Assembly: GCA_964511945.1 (NCBI GenBank)
Contig: CAZEHO010000002.1
Span: 18,175-82,174 of the forward strand
Direction: 5' to 3'
Source: an uncultured Acidimicrobiia bacterium
Lineage (GTDB): Bacteria > Actinomycetota > Acidimicrobiia > Spongiisociales > UBA11373
Length of the DNA: 64,000 nt
In this document: positions 8,948-18,121 of the stretch, piece after piece
Layout: each line of letters opens with the position of its first letter
How positions within the stretch are numbered: the first letter of the stretch is position 1
Made by a program: the position numbers and the translations under genes
Notes under the pieces: model-generated
The model's database searches: none
What the model saw: the letters and a program-made list of their open reading frames with translations, nothing else
What the model was told of the DNA's origin: nothing

Positions 8948-9787
8948 ATGGCCGGAACACTGATTCTCTGCGCGGGCCCGATCGGGAACCTCGGCGACGC
9001 TCCGCCGCGCCTCGCCGAGGCACTGGCCGGCGCCGACGTCGTCCTGGCTGAGGACACCCGCCGCGCCCGGGTCCTGCTGGACCACATCGGTGTCGACCGG
9101 CCGCTGCGGTCGTACTTCGTCGGCAACGAAGCGGAGCGGGCAGGAGAACTGGTGGGGCGGCTCGAAGCCGGTCAGACAGTGGCCCTGCTCACCGACGCCG
9201 GGACTCCCGGCATCGCCGACCCGGGGCTGTCGGCCGTCCGGGCCGCCGTCGAGGCGGAGGCCCACATCACGGGAGTTCCGGGCCCCAGTGCCGTCACCCT
9301 TGCGGTGGCCGTCTCCGGGTTGCCGGGCGATCGATTCTGTTTCGAGGGGTTCCTGCCCCGGAAGGGGAAGCGCCGGGTCGAGCGGTTCGAGGAGTTGGCT
9401 GCGGAGACCAGGACGATGGTGCTCTTCGCTGCGCCACGAAGGCTTGCCGGCGACCTGGCCGGTCTGGCCGAAGCGCTCGGGGACGACCGGGTGGTGGTGG
9501 TGTGCCGGGAGCTAACCAAGCTCCACGAAGAGGTATGGCGGGGACGGCTTAGGGAAGCGGTAGAGCACTGGACCGACTCCGACGTGCGGGGGGAGATCAC
9601 GGTGGTCGTGGCGGGAGCCACCGATGCCCCGGCCGATCTCGAGGCGGCGATTGCTCAGGTGGAACAACTCGTCGATGACGGTATGCCGCTGGCGGAAGCG
9701 GTCAGGACCGTGGCGGAACTCTCAGCGGTGCGGCGTCGGTCCCTGTATGAGGCCGCGCTGAACCGCCCGGGGAAGAGCGGCGTCTGA
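8948..9787 (+). CDS. rsmI: 16S rRNA (cytidine1402-2'-O)-methyltransferase RsmI
   Basis: TLILCAGPIGNLGDAPPRLAEALAGADVVLAEDTRR is the RsmI/tetrapyrrole-methylase-fold N-terminus. Internal ATG at 8948 chosen; the ORF is open from 8900. Confidence 0.9.
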   Translation: MAGTLILCAGPIGNLGDAPPRLAEALAGADVVLAEDTRRARVLLDHIGVDRPLRSYFVGNEAERAGELVGRLEAGQTVALLTDAGTPGIADPGLSAVRAAVEAEAHITGVPGPSAVTLAVAVSGLPGDRFCFEGFLPRKGKRRVERFEELAAETRTMVLFAAPRRLAGDLAGLAEALGDDRVVVVCRELTKLHEEVWRGRLREAVEHWTDSDVRGEITVVVAGATDAPADLEAAIAQVEQLVDDGMPLAEAVRTVAELSAVRRRSLYEAALNRPGKSGV

Positions 9788-9793
9788 GCGGTT

Positions 9794-10054
9794 CTAGCGG
9801 TTGCGCTCGATGCGCTCGATGAGGTAGTCGCCCGGCTCGAGAACGACCAACTCGTCTCCCAGCGTCATTCGCTTCTTGCCGTCGAGCTTGAACTGAGCCA
9901 CAACCCTGGGAATCCGGGGGCGGATCGCAACGTGATCCCCCTCCAGACTGATTTCCAACTCGTCCCCCTCCTCGACTCCGAGCACTCGGCGAAACTCCGC
10001 AGGGATCACCACGCGTCCCAGGTCGTCGATCTTTCGCACGATGCCGGTGTGCAT
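9794..10054 (-). CDS. AbrB/MazE/SpoVT-family DNA-binding protein
   Basis: MHTGIVRKIDDLGRVVIPAEFRRVLGVEEGDELEI is a swapped-hairpin AbrB N-domain. Divergent from metG. Confidence 0.8.
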   Translation of the reverse strand: MHTGIVRKIDDLGRVVIPAEFRRVLGVEEGDELEISLEGDHVAIRPRIPRVVAQFKLDGKKRMTLGDELVVLEPGDYLIERIERNR

Positions 10055-10185
10055 GACACCTCCTGTGTCGTCGAGGCGAGGGCGCGGCGACGAACTGCAC
10101 CCTCCACTAGTCAGCCTAGAGCAATCCAGAGACTGGAACCTCCCGGCATTCCGCCCGGACCCGCCGTGGGTACCATGTCGCCACC

Positions 10186-11682
10186 GTGTCCCGCTTCTAC
10201 ATCACCACGCCGATCTACTACGTCAACGACGCACCCCACATTGGGCATGCCTACACGACCGTGACCGCCGACGCCCTCGCCCGCTGGCATCGCCTCATCG
10301 GCGACGACACCTACTTCCTGACGGGGACCGATGAGCACGGCCTCAAGGTCCAGCGTGCCGCCGAGGCCAATGGGATCACCGCCATCGAACAGGCCGATCG
10401 ATTCGCCGTTCGGTTCAAGGACGCCTGGACACAGCTGAACATCTCCAACGACGATTTCATCCGGACCACCGAGCCTCGGCACTACGAGGCGGTCCAGAAA
10501 CTGCTGCAGGCCTGCTACGACGCCGGCGACATCGAGAAGGGGACCTACGAGGGTCTGTATTCGGTCGCCGATGAGGCCTACGTCACGCCGGAGGAAGTGC
10601 CGGAACTCGAACGGCAGGGTCGTCCGGTGATCCAGATGCGCGAGGAGAACTACTTCTTCAAGCTGAGCCGGTACGAGGACGCGCTTATCGAGTGGTACGA
10701 AACCCATCCCGACTTCGTGCAGCCCGTCACCAAGCGCAACGAAGCGCTCGGATTCATCCGTCAAGGATTGCGGGACTTCTCGATCAGCCGTACGTCGATA
10801 GATTGGGGCGTTCCGATCCCGTGGGACGACGAGCACGTCACTTACGTTTGGTTCGATGCGCTGACGAACTACCTCACCGCCGCCGGCTACGCATCCGACC
10901 CCGATGCCTACGCCCGCCGCTGGCCTGCCGTGCACATGATCGGCAAGGACATCCTCCGGTTCCACTGTGTGTACTGGCCGGCGATGCTGCTGTCTGCCGG
11001 CGTCGAGCCTCCGGAGCACGTGCACGTCCATGGCTTCCTGCTCGTTGGTGGCGAGAAGATGTCGAAGACGAGCCTCAACCAGATTGCTCCCGCAGATCTG
11101 ATCGAGACCTTCGGCGTCGACGGCTACCGCTACCACTTCCTGGCCGATCAGCGGTTCGGTCCCGACGGCGATTTCTCGTACGAAGGCATGGTGGCTCGCT
11201 ACAACGCCGACCTGGCCAACAACCTGGGGAACTTGCTCGCCCGGGTCAGCACCATCGTGTCGCGCAAGCTCGACGGCGTCGGTCCGGCACCGTCGTCCGA
11301 CAGTGCGCTCGCCGAAGCCGCGGCCACGGGCCTCGCGGAAGCGACCCGCCTGTGGAACGAGGTGGCACCGTCTGAGGCGCTGGCCGCCACCTGGCGGATC
11401 ATCCACCAGGCCAACTCGTATCTCGAGGCCAACGAACCCTGGAAGATGGACCGGGGTCCGGATCTGGAGCGGGTGATGGGCGACGCTCTCGAAGCCCTGC
11501 GCATCGTCGCTGTGCTGGCGTCGCCGGCCATTCCGGAGGCGGCCGCTGAGATCTGGCGGCGGATCGGGCTCTCCGGAGCTCCGGACGAGGTCAGGCTTCC
11601 CGACGCCGCCGCGTGGGGCGGCTATCCGGCAGGGGCAACCGTGGAGCGGGGCGCCCCGCTGTTCCCTCGCATCACGGCGTGA
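10186..11682 (+). CDS. metG: methionine--tRNA ligase
   Basis: Class I HIGH (APHIGHAY) and KMSKS (KMSKT) motifs, 498 aa. Confidence 0.95.
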   Translation: MSRFYITTPIYYVNDAPHIGHAYTTVTADALARWHRLIGDDTYFLTGTDEHGLKVQRAAEANGITAIEQADRFAVRFKDAWTQLNISNDDFIRTTEPRHYEAVQKLLQACYDAGDIEKGTYEGLYSVADEAYVTPEEVPELERQGRPVIQMREENYFFKLSRYEDALIEWYETHPDFVQPVTKRNEALGFIRQGLRDFSISRTSIDWGVPIPWDDEHVTYVWFDALTNYLTAAGYASDPDAYARRWPAVHMIGKDILRFHCVYWPAMLLSAGVEPPEHVHVHGFLLVGGEKMSKTSLNQIAPADLIETFGVDGYRYHFLADQRFGPDGDFSYEGMVARYNADLANNLGNLLARVSTIVSRKLDGVGPAPSSDSALAEAAATGLAEATRLWNEVAPSEALAATWRIIHQANSYLEANEPWKMDRGPDLERVMGDALEALRIVAVLASPAIPEAAAEIWRRIGLSGAPDEVRLPDAAAWGGYPAGATVERGAPLFPRITA

Positions 11683-12437
11683 CCACCTGGGTCGACAACC
11701 ACTGTCATCTCCAGATGTCCGACGACGACCCCGACGCGCTGCTGGCGCGCGCGGTCGACGCCGGTGTCGAGTGGATCGTTTGTCCGGGGGCAGACGCCGA
11801 CTCGTCGGAAGAGGCCCGCGAGCTATCGATCCGCCACCCCGACCGGGTGCGGTGGGCCGCTGGTCTTCATCCCCACGATGCGTTGTGCTGGCCCGAGGAG
11901 CGCGATCGGATCACCGCCCTCGCCGCCGAGGCGGATGCCGTCGGTGAGATCGGCCTCGACTTCTATCGCAATCTCTCGCCGCGTGAACCGCAGCTCGCCG
12001 CGTTCCGGGATCAGCTCGGCCTGGCTCTTGCGCTGGGGAAGCCGGCCGTGGTCCACACCAGGGATTCGTTTGCCGAGACGTTCGAGGTCATCGAGGAGTT
12101 GGATGCCGGTCTGAGCACGGTGCTCCACTGCTGGACCGGTGGGAGGCGATGGACCAGGCGGTTCCGCGAATTGGGGGTGACCTTCTCGTTTGCAGGACCG
12201 ATTACGTTCGCCGGCGGCGACACGGTTCGGCTGGCCGCAACCGAGGTGCCGATCGACCGCACGATGGTCGAGACCGACACGCCCTACCTCACTCCGCCAC
12301 CGAACCGGCGGGCTCCCAACGAGCCCGCCAATGTGGTCAAGGTGGGGGAGGCACTGGCTGAGGTCTGGGGCATGCCGGTCGACGAGGTCGCCCGGCTCAC
12401 CTCGGCCACCGCCGCACGGGTATACGGCCGTGGCTGA
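11679..12437 (+). CDS. tatD: TatD-family metal-dependent hydrolase/DNase
   Basis: VDNHCHL...HTRDS...TVLHCWTG TatD motifs. GTG start at 11679 overlaps the metG stop (GTGA). Confidence 0.9.
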   Translation: MTTWVDNHCHLQMSDDDPDALLARAVDAGVEWIVCPGADADSSEEARELSIRHPDRVRWAAGLHPHDALCWPEERDRITALAAEADAVGEIGLDFYRNLSPREPQLAAFRDQLGLALALGKPAVVHTRDSFAETFEVIEELDAGLSTVLHCWTGGRRWTRRFRELGVTFSFAGPITFAGGDTVRLAATEVPIDRTMVETDTPYLTPPPNRRAPNEPANVVKVGEALAEVWGMPVDEVARLTSATAARVYGRG

Positions 12438-13254
12438 CGATCGCCCGCTGGGGCGCGCCGGCACGATCGCTCTGCTCGACCGCCACGGCCTTCGTCCCCG
12501 CAAGTCGCTCGGCCAGCACTTCCTGGTCGACCCGAACATCGTCGGCCGGATCGTCGAGATCGCGGGGATCGGCCCGGGTGACCGGGTCGTCGAGATCGGC
12601 GCCGGCACCGGCACCCTGACGCGTGCTCTGGCATCGACGGGCGCCGCCGTGACGGCCTATGAGATCGACGAGTACCTGCGACCGGTGCTGGAGGAAGTGC
12701 TGGCCGGAGCACCGGTCGACCTCCGATTCGCCGATGCGGCGGCCATCGATCTGCCGTCCCTGCTGGCCGGCGGGCCGTGGACGCTGGTCGCCAACCTGCC
12801 GTACAACGTCGGAACACCACTGCTCCTGGACCTGCTGCGGCGCGCTCCGCAGGTCGAACGTTTTGTCGTCATGCTGCAGCGGGAAGCCATCGACCGGCTG
12901 GCGGCGTCGCACGGCACGAAAACCTATGGACTGCCCTCGGTCGTTGTCCGGCTCCACGGATCGATCGAGGTGGCACTGCGGATCGGCTCATCGGTGTTCG
13001 TGCCGCCGCCAAAGGTGGAGTCGGCCGTCGCCGTGATCGCGCGCAGACCGGCAGCGACGCTGGCGGAGGAGGCAATTGCTCTGGCCGCCGCCGGGTTCGG
13101 ACAGCGTCGCAAGATGCTGCGTTCGTCGCTGCGCACAAAGGTCGCCGACCCGGTCGGAGTGTTGGAGCGGGCAGGCTTGCAGCCGACCGATCGGGCGGAG
13201 AACCTCAGTCCGGAGGAGTACCTTCGGCTCGCCGAGGTGATTCATGCAGGCTGA
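12430..13254 (+). CDS. rsmA: 16S rRNA (adenine1518/1519-N6)-dimethyltransferase RsmA/KsgA
   Basis: KSLGQHFLVDPNIVGRIV...VVEIGAGTGTLT SAM-binding motifs. GTG start at 12430 overlaps the tatD end. The upstream part of ORF 12190.. is an out-of-frame artefact. Confidence 0.9.
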   Translation: MADDRPLGRAGTIALLDRHGLRPRKSLGQHFLVDPNIVGRIVEIAGIGPGDRVVEIGAGTGTLTRALASTGAAVTAYEIDEYLRPVLEEVLAGAPVDLRFADAAAIDLPSLLAGGPWTLVANLPYNVGTPLLLDLLRRAPQVERFVVMLQREAIDRLAASHGTKTYGLPSVVVRLHGSIEVALRIGSSVFVPPPKVESAVAVIARRPAATLAEEAIALAAAGFGQRRKMLRSSLRTKVADPVGVLERAGLQPTDRAENLSPEEYLRLAEVIHAG

Positions 13255-14086
13255 TGCCTTCGCCAAGGTCAATCTGTCCCTCCGGGTTCGTGCACCGGAC
13301 CGCTCCGGCATGCACCCCCTTCGATCCCTGGCCCACTCGATCGACTGGAACGACACCCTCGAACTGACGGTTGCCGATGAGGATCGGTTCGAGGTCGTCG
13401 GGTCCGAGGAGGACATCCCGGCCGATCACTCGAACCTGGCCATGCGGGCGCTCGATGCGGTGCGCCCGCCCGGCGCGGACCCGGTTCTGCTGCGGCTCAC
13501 CAAGCGGATTCCGGCGGCGGCCGGGCTCGGCGGGGGCAGTGCCGACGCCGCGGCAGCGCTCACCCTCGGTGCGGCGCATTTCGGCGGCCGGGATCTGGAT
13601 CTGCAAGGCATCGGTGCCGGTATCGGCGCCGATGTCCCGTTCTGTCTGCAGGGGGGTGCGGCGCTCATGGAGGGCCATGGGGTGCACCTGACGCCGCGTC
13701 CCGCTCTGGACGGGTTCACCCTCGCGGTGGTGGTGCCGCCGTTCGAACTCGCTACCGCCGATGTGTATCGGCGGTGGGACGAACTCGGTCGCCCGGAAGG
13801 ACCGGCGATCGACCGGCAGCACCTTCCCGATCCGCTGCGCGATGAGGCGCCGCTGATCAACGACCTGACCCGGGCTGCCGTCGATCTGCAGCCGGATCTC
13901 GGCGACTGGATCGCCGACCTCTCGCTGGCCTGGGGCGCACCTGCCGTGATGTCCGGGAGCGGTCCGGCCCTCTTCGGCTTCTTCGGGACAACGGCCGAGG
14001 CGGCCGACGCGGTGGCCATGGTGTTCGGCGCTCGAGCCGTCCGGGCATGTCTCCCCGTTGAACAGGGCGTTCTGGTGAACACGTAG
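13244..14086 (+). CDS. ispE: 4-diphosphocytidyl-2-C-methyl-D-erythritol kinase
   Basis: KVNLSLRV...KRIPAAAGLGGGSADAAAAL GHMP-kinase motifs. Synteny ksgA-ispE as in Mycobacterium. Confidence 0.9.
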   Translation: MQADAFAKVNLSLRVRAPDRSGMHPLRSLAHSIDWNDTLELTVADEDRFEVVGSEEDIPADHSNLAMRALDAVRPPGADPVLLRLTKRIPAAAGLGGGSADAAAALTLGAAHFGGRDLDLQGIGAGIGADVPFCLQGGAALMEGHGVHLTPRPALDGFTLAVVVPPFELATADVYRRWDELGRPEGPAIDRQHLPDPLRDEAPLINDLTRAAVDLQPDLGDWIADLSLAWGAPAVMSGSGPALFGFFGTTAEAADAVAMVFGARAVRACLPVEQGVLVNT

Positions 14087-14108
14087 CGATACAATCGGCA
14101 CGCCCCAG

Positions 14109-14180
14109 TGGGGGGTGGTGTAACCGGCAGCACGTGGGGTTTTGGTCCCCGAAGTACGGGTTCGAGTCCTGTCCCCCCAG
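14109..14180 (+). tRNA. tRNA-Gln (anticodon TTG)
   Basis: Hand-folded cloverleaf: acceptor TGGGGGG/CCCCCCA with the U1-A72 pair typical of bacterial tRNA-Gln and discriminator G73. The anticodon loop is TTTTGGT and the T-loop is TTCGAGT. CCA is not encoded. Coordinates may be off by 1 nt. Confidence 0.7.
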
Positions 14181-14202
14181 CGATTCGGGAGGAAGAGGAG
14201 CA

Positions 14203-15579
14203 ATGAGTCTTCGGGCCATCATCCTGGCCGCAGGCCAGGGCACGCGGATGAAGTCGTCCACGCCCAAGGTGCTGCACGAAATCGCGGGCCGGCCGCTGGT
14301 GCTCTGGGTGCTGGACGCGCTGGCGGATGTCGATCCCGACGAGATCACCGTGGTCGTCGGTCACGGAGCCGACGACGTTCGGTCAGTCCTGCCGGAAGGT
14401 GTCCGCACGGTCGTGCAGGAGGAACGGAACGGGACCGGCCACGCGGTGATGGTTGCGCTGGAACATATCGGGTCGGTTGCCGGCGACACCGTGCTGGTGG
14501 CACCCGGCGACTCGCCCCTCATCCTGCCCGAGACCCTCAAGGCGCTGGTCGATGCTCACTCGGGAGCGGCCACCCTGTTGACGGCGGAGCTTGCCGATCC
14601 GACCGGGTACGGGCGCGTCATTCGCGACGGGGACCAGGTCACCGCCATCGTCGAGGAGAACGACGCGGATGCGGCCCAGCGGGCGATTCATGAGGTCGCG
14701 GTGTCGACCTACACATTCGATGGTTCTGCCCTCGAGAGCGCTCTCGATCGCATCACCAGCGACAACGCCCAGGGCGAGTACTACCTGACGGACGCGATCG
14801 GCATCCTCGCCGCCGAGGCGGATGTGCGGGCGATTCCCGCCGCCGATGCCGAGGAGGTGCTGGGCGTCAACAGTCACGACCAGCTGGCGGCGGCCGCAGG
14901 GATCATCAGGCAGCGGATCAACCACGGTCTCCTGCACTCGGGCGTCTGGATGCAGGACCCGGGCCGCACCTATGTCGACGCCGGGGTCACGATCGAGCCC
15001 GGCGCCCGGCTGTATGCCGACACCTACCTCGAGGGCTCCACCACGGTCGGTGACGGTGCGGAGGTCGGACCATCAACCTTCGCTCGCGACACCGCAATCG
15101 GTGCCGGAGCCAAGGTGTGGTTCTCCGTCGCCCGCGGCGCCCGAATCGGCGAGGGTGCGCAGGTCGGCCCCTACGCCTCGTTGCGCGAAGGAACCGTCCT
15201 CGAGGAGAACTCGAAAGCCGGGACCTTCGTCGAGACCAAGAAGACCACGGTCGGACCCGGCGCCAAGGTGCCGCACCTCGCCTATATGGGCGACGCCACC
15301 ATCGGGGAAGGCGCCAACATCGGCGCCGGGACCATCACCTGCAACTACGACGGCTACCACAAGCATCCGACCACGATCGGCAAAGGTGCCTTCGTCGGGA
15401 GCGACACCATGCTGGTCGCACCGGTGACGATCGGAGACGACGCGATCACTGGAGCCGGGTCCACAATCACGAGAGATGTCGCCCCGGGAGCCCTGGCGGT
15501 CGAGCGTTCGACCCAGAAGGAGGTCCCCGGCTACGCTGCGAAGCGGGCTCAGAAAGCGCAGCGGGAGGACGACGAGTAG
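14203..15579 (+). CDS. glmU: bifunctional UDP-GlcNAc pyrophosphorylase / GlcN-1-P N-acetyltransferase
   Basis: LAAGQGTRMKS nucleotidyltransferase motif plus C-terminal left-handed beta-helix hexapeptide repeats. SD GGAGGAAGAGGAG upstream of the ATG at 14203. Confidence 0.95.
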   Translation: MSLRAIILAAGQGTRMKSSTPKVLHEIAGRPLVLWVLDALADVDPDEITVVVGHGADDVRSVLPEGVRTVVQEERNGTGHAVMVALEHIGSVAGDTVLVAPGDSPLILPETLKALVDAHSGAATLLTAELADPTGYGRVIRDGDQVTAIVEENDADAAQRAIHEVAVSTYTFDGSALESALDRITSDNAQGEYYLTDAIGILAAEADVRAIPAADAEEVLGVNSHDQLAAAAGIIRQRINHGLLHSGVWMQDPGRTYVDAGVTIEPGARLYADTYLEGSTTVGDGAEVGPSTFARDTAIGAGAKVWFSVARGARIGEGAQVGPYASLREGTVLEENSKAGTFVETKKTTVGPGAKVPHLAYMGDATIGEGANIGAGTITCNYDGYHKHPTTIGKGAFVGSDTMLVAPVTIGDDAITGAGSTITRDVAPGALAVERSTQKEVPGYAAKRAQKAQREDDE

Positions 15580-15581
15580 CC

Positions 15582-16553
15582 ATGGAACTGGCCGGTCGGA
15601 AGCGGATGATGCTGTTCTCGGGGACCGCAAACCTCGAACTCGCGGAACGGGTAGCGCAGTTGCTGGGCATCGAACTCGGCGGTGTCGAACTCAGTGAATT
15701 CGCCGGCGGTGAGATCTACGCCCGATACACCGAAAGTGTGCGTGGTGCCGACTGCTTCGTGATCCAGAGTCACAGCAATCCGATCAACTATCACATCATG
15801 CAGCAGATGATCATGCTCGATGCCCTGGAGCGGGCGTCGGCGAAGCGGATCACTGCGGTGGTGCCGTTCTTCGGCTACGCCCGCCAGGACAAGAAGAGCA
15901 TGCCGCGTGAGCCGATTACTGCCCGGCTCATGGGCGATCTGTTTCTCGCCGCTGGAGCCGACCGCATTGTGTCGGTCGATCTCCACAGCGGCCAGATCCA
16001 GGGGTTCACTCGCAAGCCGTTCGACTCCCTGACCGCACTTCCGGTCTTCCTGGAGTACATCACCGAGAATCTCGAGGGACCGCTGGTTATGGTGTCACCG
16101 GACACCGGCCGGGTGCGGGTGGCATCCCGCTACGCCCGCCACCTCGACGCCGATGTTGCCTTCATCCACAAGCGGCGGCGCGTCGACGTCCATCATGAAG
16201 TTGCTGCGCTTCAGGTCGTCGGCGACATCTCCGGCAAGCACGCCGTGATCGTCGACGACATGATCGACACGGCCGGGACCGTCGTCGCCGCCGCCGAGCT
16301 GCTGCAGGAGGCCGGGGCGCTCAGTGTTCGAGCCCTGGCTACTCACGGCGTTCTCTCGGATCCGGCGGCAGATCGAATCAAGAACGCTCCGTTCGAGGAA
16401 GTTGTGATCACCGACACCCTGCCGGTTCCCGCGGCCGCCGCCGACCTGCCAAACCTGCGTGTGCTCTCGATCGCACCGATCCTGGCGGACACGCTGAAGG
16501 CGATCTTCACCGACGACTCGGTGTCGTCGATCTTCATGGGTGAGAACGCCTAG
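15582..16553 (+). CDS. prs: ribose-phosphate pyrophosphokinase
   Basis: MMLFSGTANLELAERVAQ...DLHSGQIQGF...VDDMIDTAGT PRPP synthetase motifs. ATG 2 nt after the glmU stop. Confidence 0.95.
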   Translation: MELAGRKRMMLFSGTANLELAERVAQLLGIELGGVELSEFAGGEIYARYTESVRGADCFVIQSHSNPINYHIMQQMIMLDALERASAKRITAVVPFFGYARQDKKSMPREPITARLMGDLFLAAGADRIVSVDLHSGQIQGFTRKPFDSLTALPVFLEYITENLEGPLVMVSPDTGRVRVASRYARHLDADVAFIHKRRRVDVHHEVAALQVVGDISGKHAVIVDDMIDTAGTVVAAAELLQEAGALSVRALATHGVLSDPAADRIKNAPFEEVVITDTLPVPAAAADLPNLRVLSIAPILADTLKAIFTDDSVSSIFMGENA

Positions 16554-16565
16554 CCCGTCGGGCCC

Positions 16566-16970
16566 ATGGACACCGTTGAGCTCACCTTCAGCACCGGATC
16601 TGCCCCGGCGGCGCTCGATATCACCGGCGACGTGGCCCGGTTCATTCGCGGCAAGGGTGATGGGCTCCTCACCGTGTTCGTCCCGCATGCCACCGCCGGC
16701 GTCGCCATCCTCGAGACCGGAGCAGGCAGCGATCGCGATCTGCTCGAGCATCTCGACACGCTCTTTCCCCGTGACGATCGCTGGAGCCACCGTCACGGAT
16801 CCCCAGGCCACGGCGCCGACCACGTGATGCCGGCCTTCGTGGCGCCGTCGGTCACGATCCCGGTGGTCGGCGGATCGCTCACCCTCGGCACCTGGCAATC
16901 GGTGGTGCTGGTCGATCCGAATCGGGACAACCGCTCCCGAAGGGTGCGGCTGGCGTTCATCGCCGGCTGA
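16566..16970 (+). CDS. YjbQ/UPF0047-family protein (secondary thiamine-phosphate synthase-like)
   Basis: 134 aa, LTVFVPHATAGVAILE...HVMPAFVAPSVTIPV matches the YjbQ family. Confidence 0.85.
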   Translation: MDTVELTFSTGSAPAALDITGDVARFIRGKGDGLLTVFVPHATAGVAILETGAGSDRDLLEHLDTLFPRDDRWSHRHGSPGHGADHVMPAFVAPSVTIPVVGGSLTLGTWQSVVLVDPNRDNRSRRVRLAFIAG

Positions 16971-16996
16971 GGAATCACGCTGCGTACAGTTGCGGC

Positions 16997-18121
16997 ATGG
17001 CATCCGTCGAGCTGCGCGGAGTCACGGTCCGCTTCGGAGACACCGCCGTTCTCGACGACATCGACCTGTTCGTTGCCGATGGGGAACTCGTTGTGGTCAC
17101 CGGGCCCTCGGGCAGCGGCAAGACGACGATTCTGAGGACGGTCGCCGGGTTCGTGAATCCTGAGGCAGGGTCGGTGTGGATCGGGAACGAGGACGTGACG
17201 CACCGCCAACCGATCAGGCGCGATCTGGCAATGGTGTTCCAGGAGTACGCGCTGTATCCGCAGCGCACCGCCGAGGGCAATATCGAGTTCCCGCTGCAGG
17301 CGCGACGGGTGATCCCCGAATCGGAGCGCAAGGAACGCGTTCGCCGCGAAGCCCGCAACTTGCGAATCGAGCACATCCTCGACCGCAAGCCCCGGGAACT
17401 GTCGGCCGGCCATCAGCAGGCGGTGGCGACTGCCCGGTCCCTGGTCCGGTCGTCACAGGCACTGCTCTTGGATGAGCCGTTGTCGAACCTGGATGCTCGT
17501 TTTCGTGCCGAGGGAAGGGTCGAGCTGCGCCGGATCCATCGTGAGGTGGGGGCGACGTTTCTGTATGTGACCAACGACCAGAGCGAGGCGATGTCGCTTG
17601 CCGATCGCCTCGTCGTGTTCGACGGGGGCCGGATCCAGCAGTTCGATCCTCCGCGCAAGGTGTACGACGATCCCGCCAATACGTTCGTTGCGACATTCCT
17701 CGGGAGCCCGTCGATGAGCCTGATTCCCGGCGAGTTGGCGGTGGACGGCGACGTCGTCGAGCTGCTGATCGGGACCGATCGCATCCACTTCGATCGGGAG
17801 ACGCTCGACGGCATGCCGTGGTACCCGCAGTGGGATGGCCGGCCGATCACCGTCGGGATCCGGCCGGAACACCTGGCTCCGGCATCGGGGTCGGAACCGT
17901 TCGTTCGGACCCTCCACGGCCGGGTGTCGGCGGTCGAAAATCTCGGCGGTGCAGCCATCGTCACGGTTGGTCTCGGCATCCGGGATGTGGATGTGAAGGT
18001 GTGGCTGCGGGCACCGGCGCGGCTGGAGGTCGGCGATCCGCTCGAGCTCGCCGTGTCGCTCGGGCGGCTGAGATTCTTCGACCCAGAGACGGGCTCGGCT
18101 CTCCTAGCATCCCGCCCATGA
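16997..18121 (+). CDS. orphan MalK/UgpC/MsiK-type sugar ABC transporter ATP-binding protein
   Basis: Walker A GPSGSGKTT, signature LSAGHQQ, Walker B LLLDEPLSNLD, plus a C-terminal TOBE/MalK regulatory domain. No permease or SBP adjacent. Confidence 0.85.
   Translation: MASVELRGVTVRFGDTAVLDDIDLFVADGELVVVTGPSGSGKTTILRTVAGFVNPEAGSVWIGNEDVTHRQPIRRDLAMVFQEYALYPQRTAEGNIEFPLQARRVIPESERKERVRREARNLRIEHILDRKPRELSAGHQQAVATARSLVRSSQALLLDEPLSNLDARFRAEGRVELRRIHREVGATFLYVTNDQSEAMSLADRLVVFDGGRIQQFDPPRKVYDDPANTFVATFLGSPSMSLIPGELAVDGDVVELLIGTDRIHFDRETLDGMPWYPQWDGRPITVGIRPEHLAPASGSEPFVRTLHGRVSAVENLGGAAIVTVGLGIRDVDVKVWLRAPARLEVGDPLELAVSLGRLRFFDPETGSALLASRP

Noticed and set aside
8586-8963. 125-aa plus-strand ORF overlapping the rsmI start
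   Set aside because: No recognisable family and a 16-nt overlap with rsmI; left unannotated.
10111-11406. 431-aa minus-strand ORF antisense to metG
   Set aside because: Antisense artefact; metG carries HIGH/KMSKS motifs.
12190-12429. Upstream extension of the rsmA/ksgA ORF
   Set aside because: Overlaps the tatD coding region in another frame. KsgA homology begins at the GTG at 12430.
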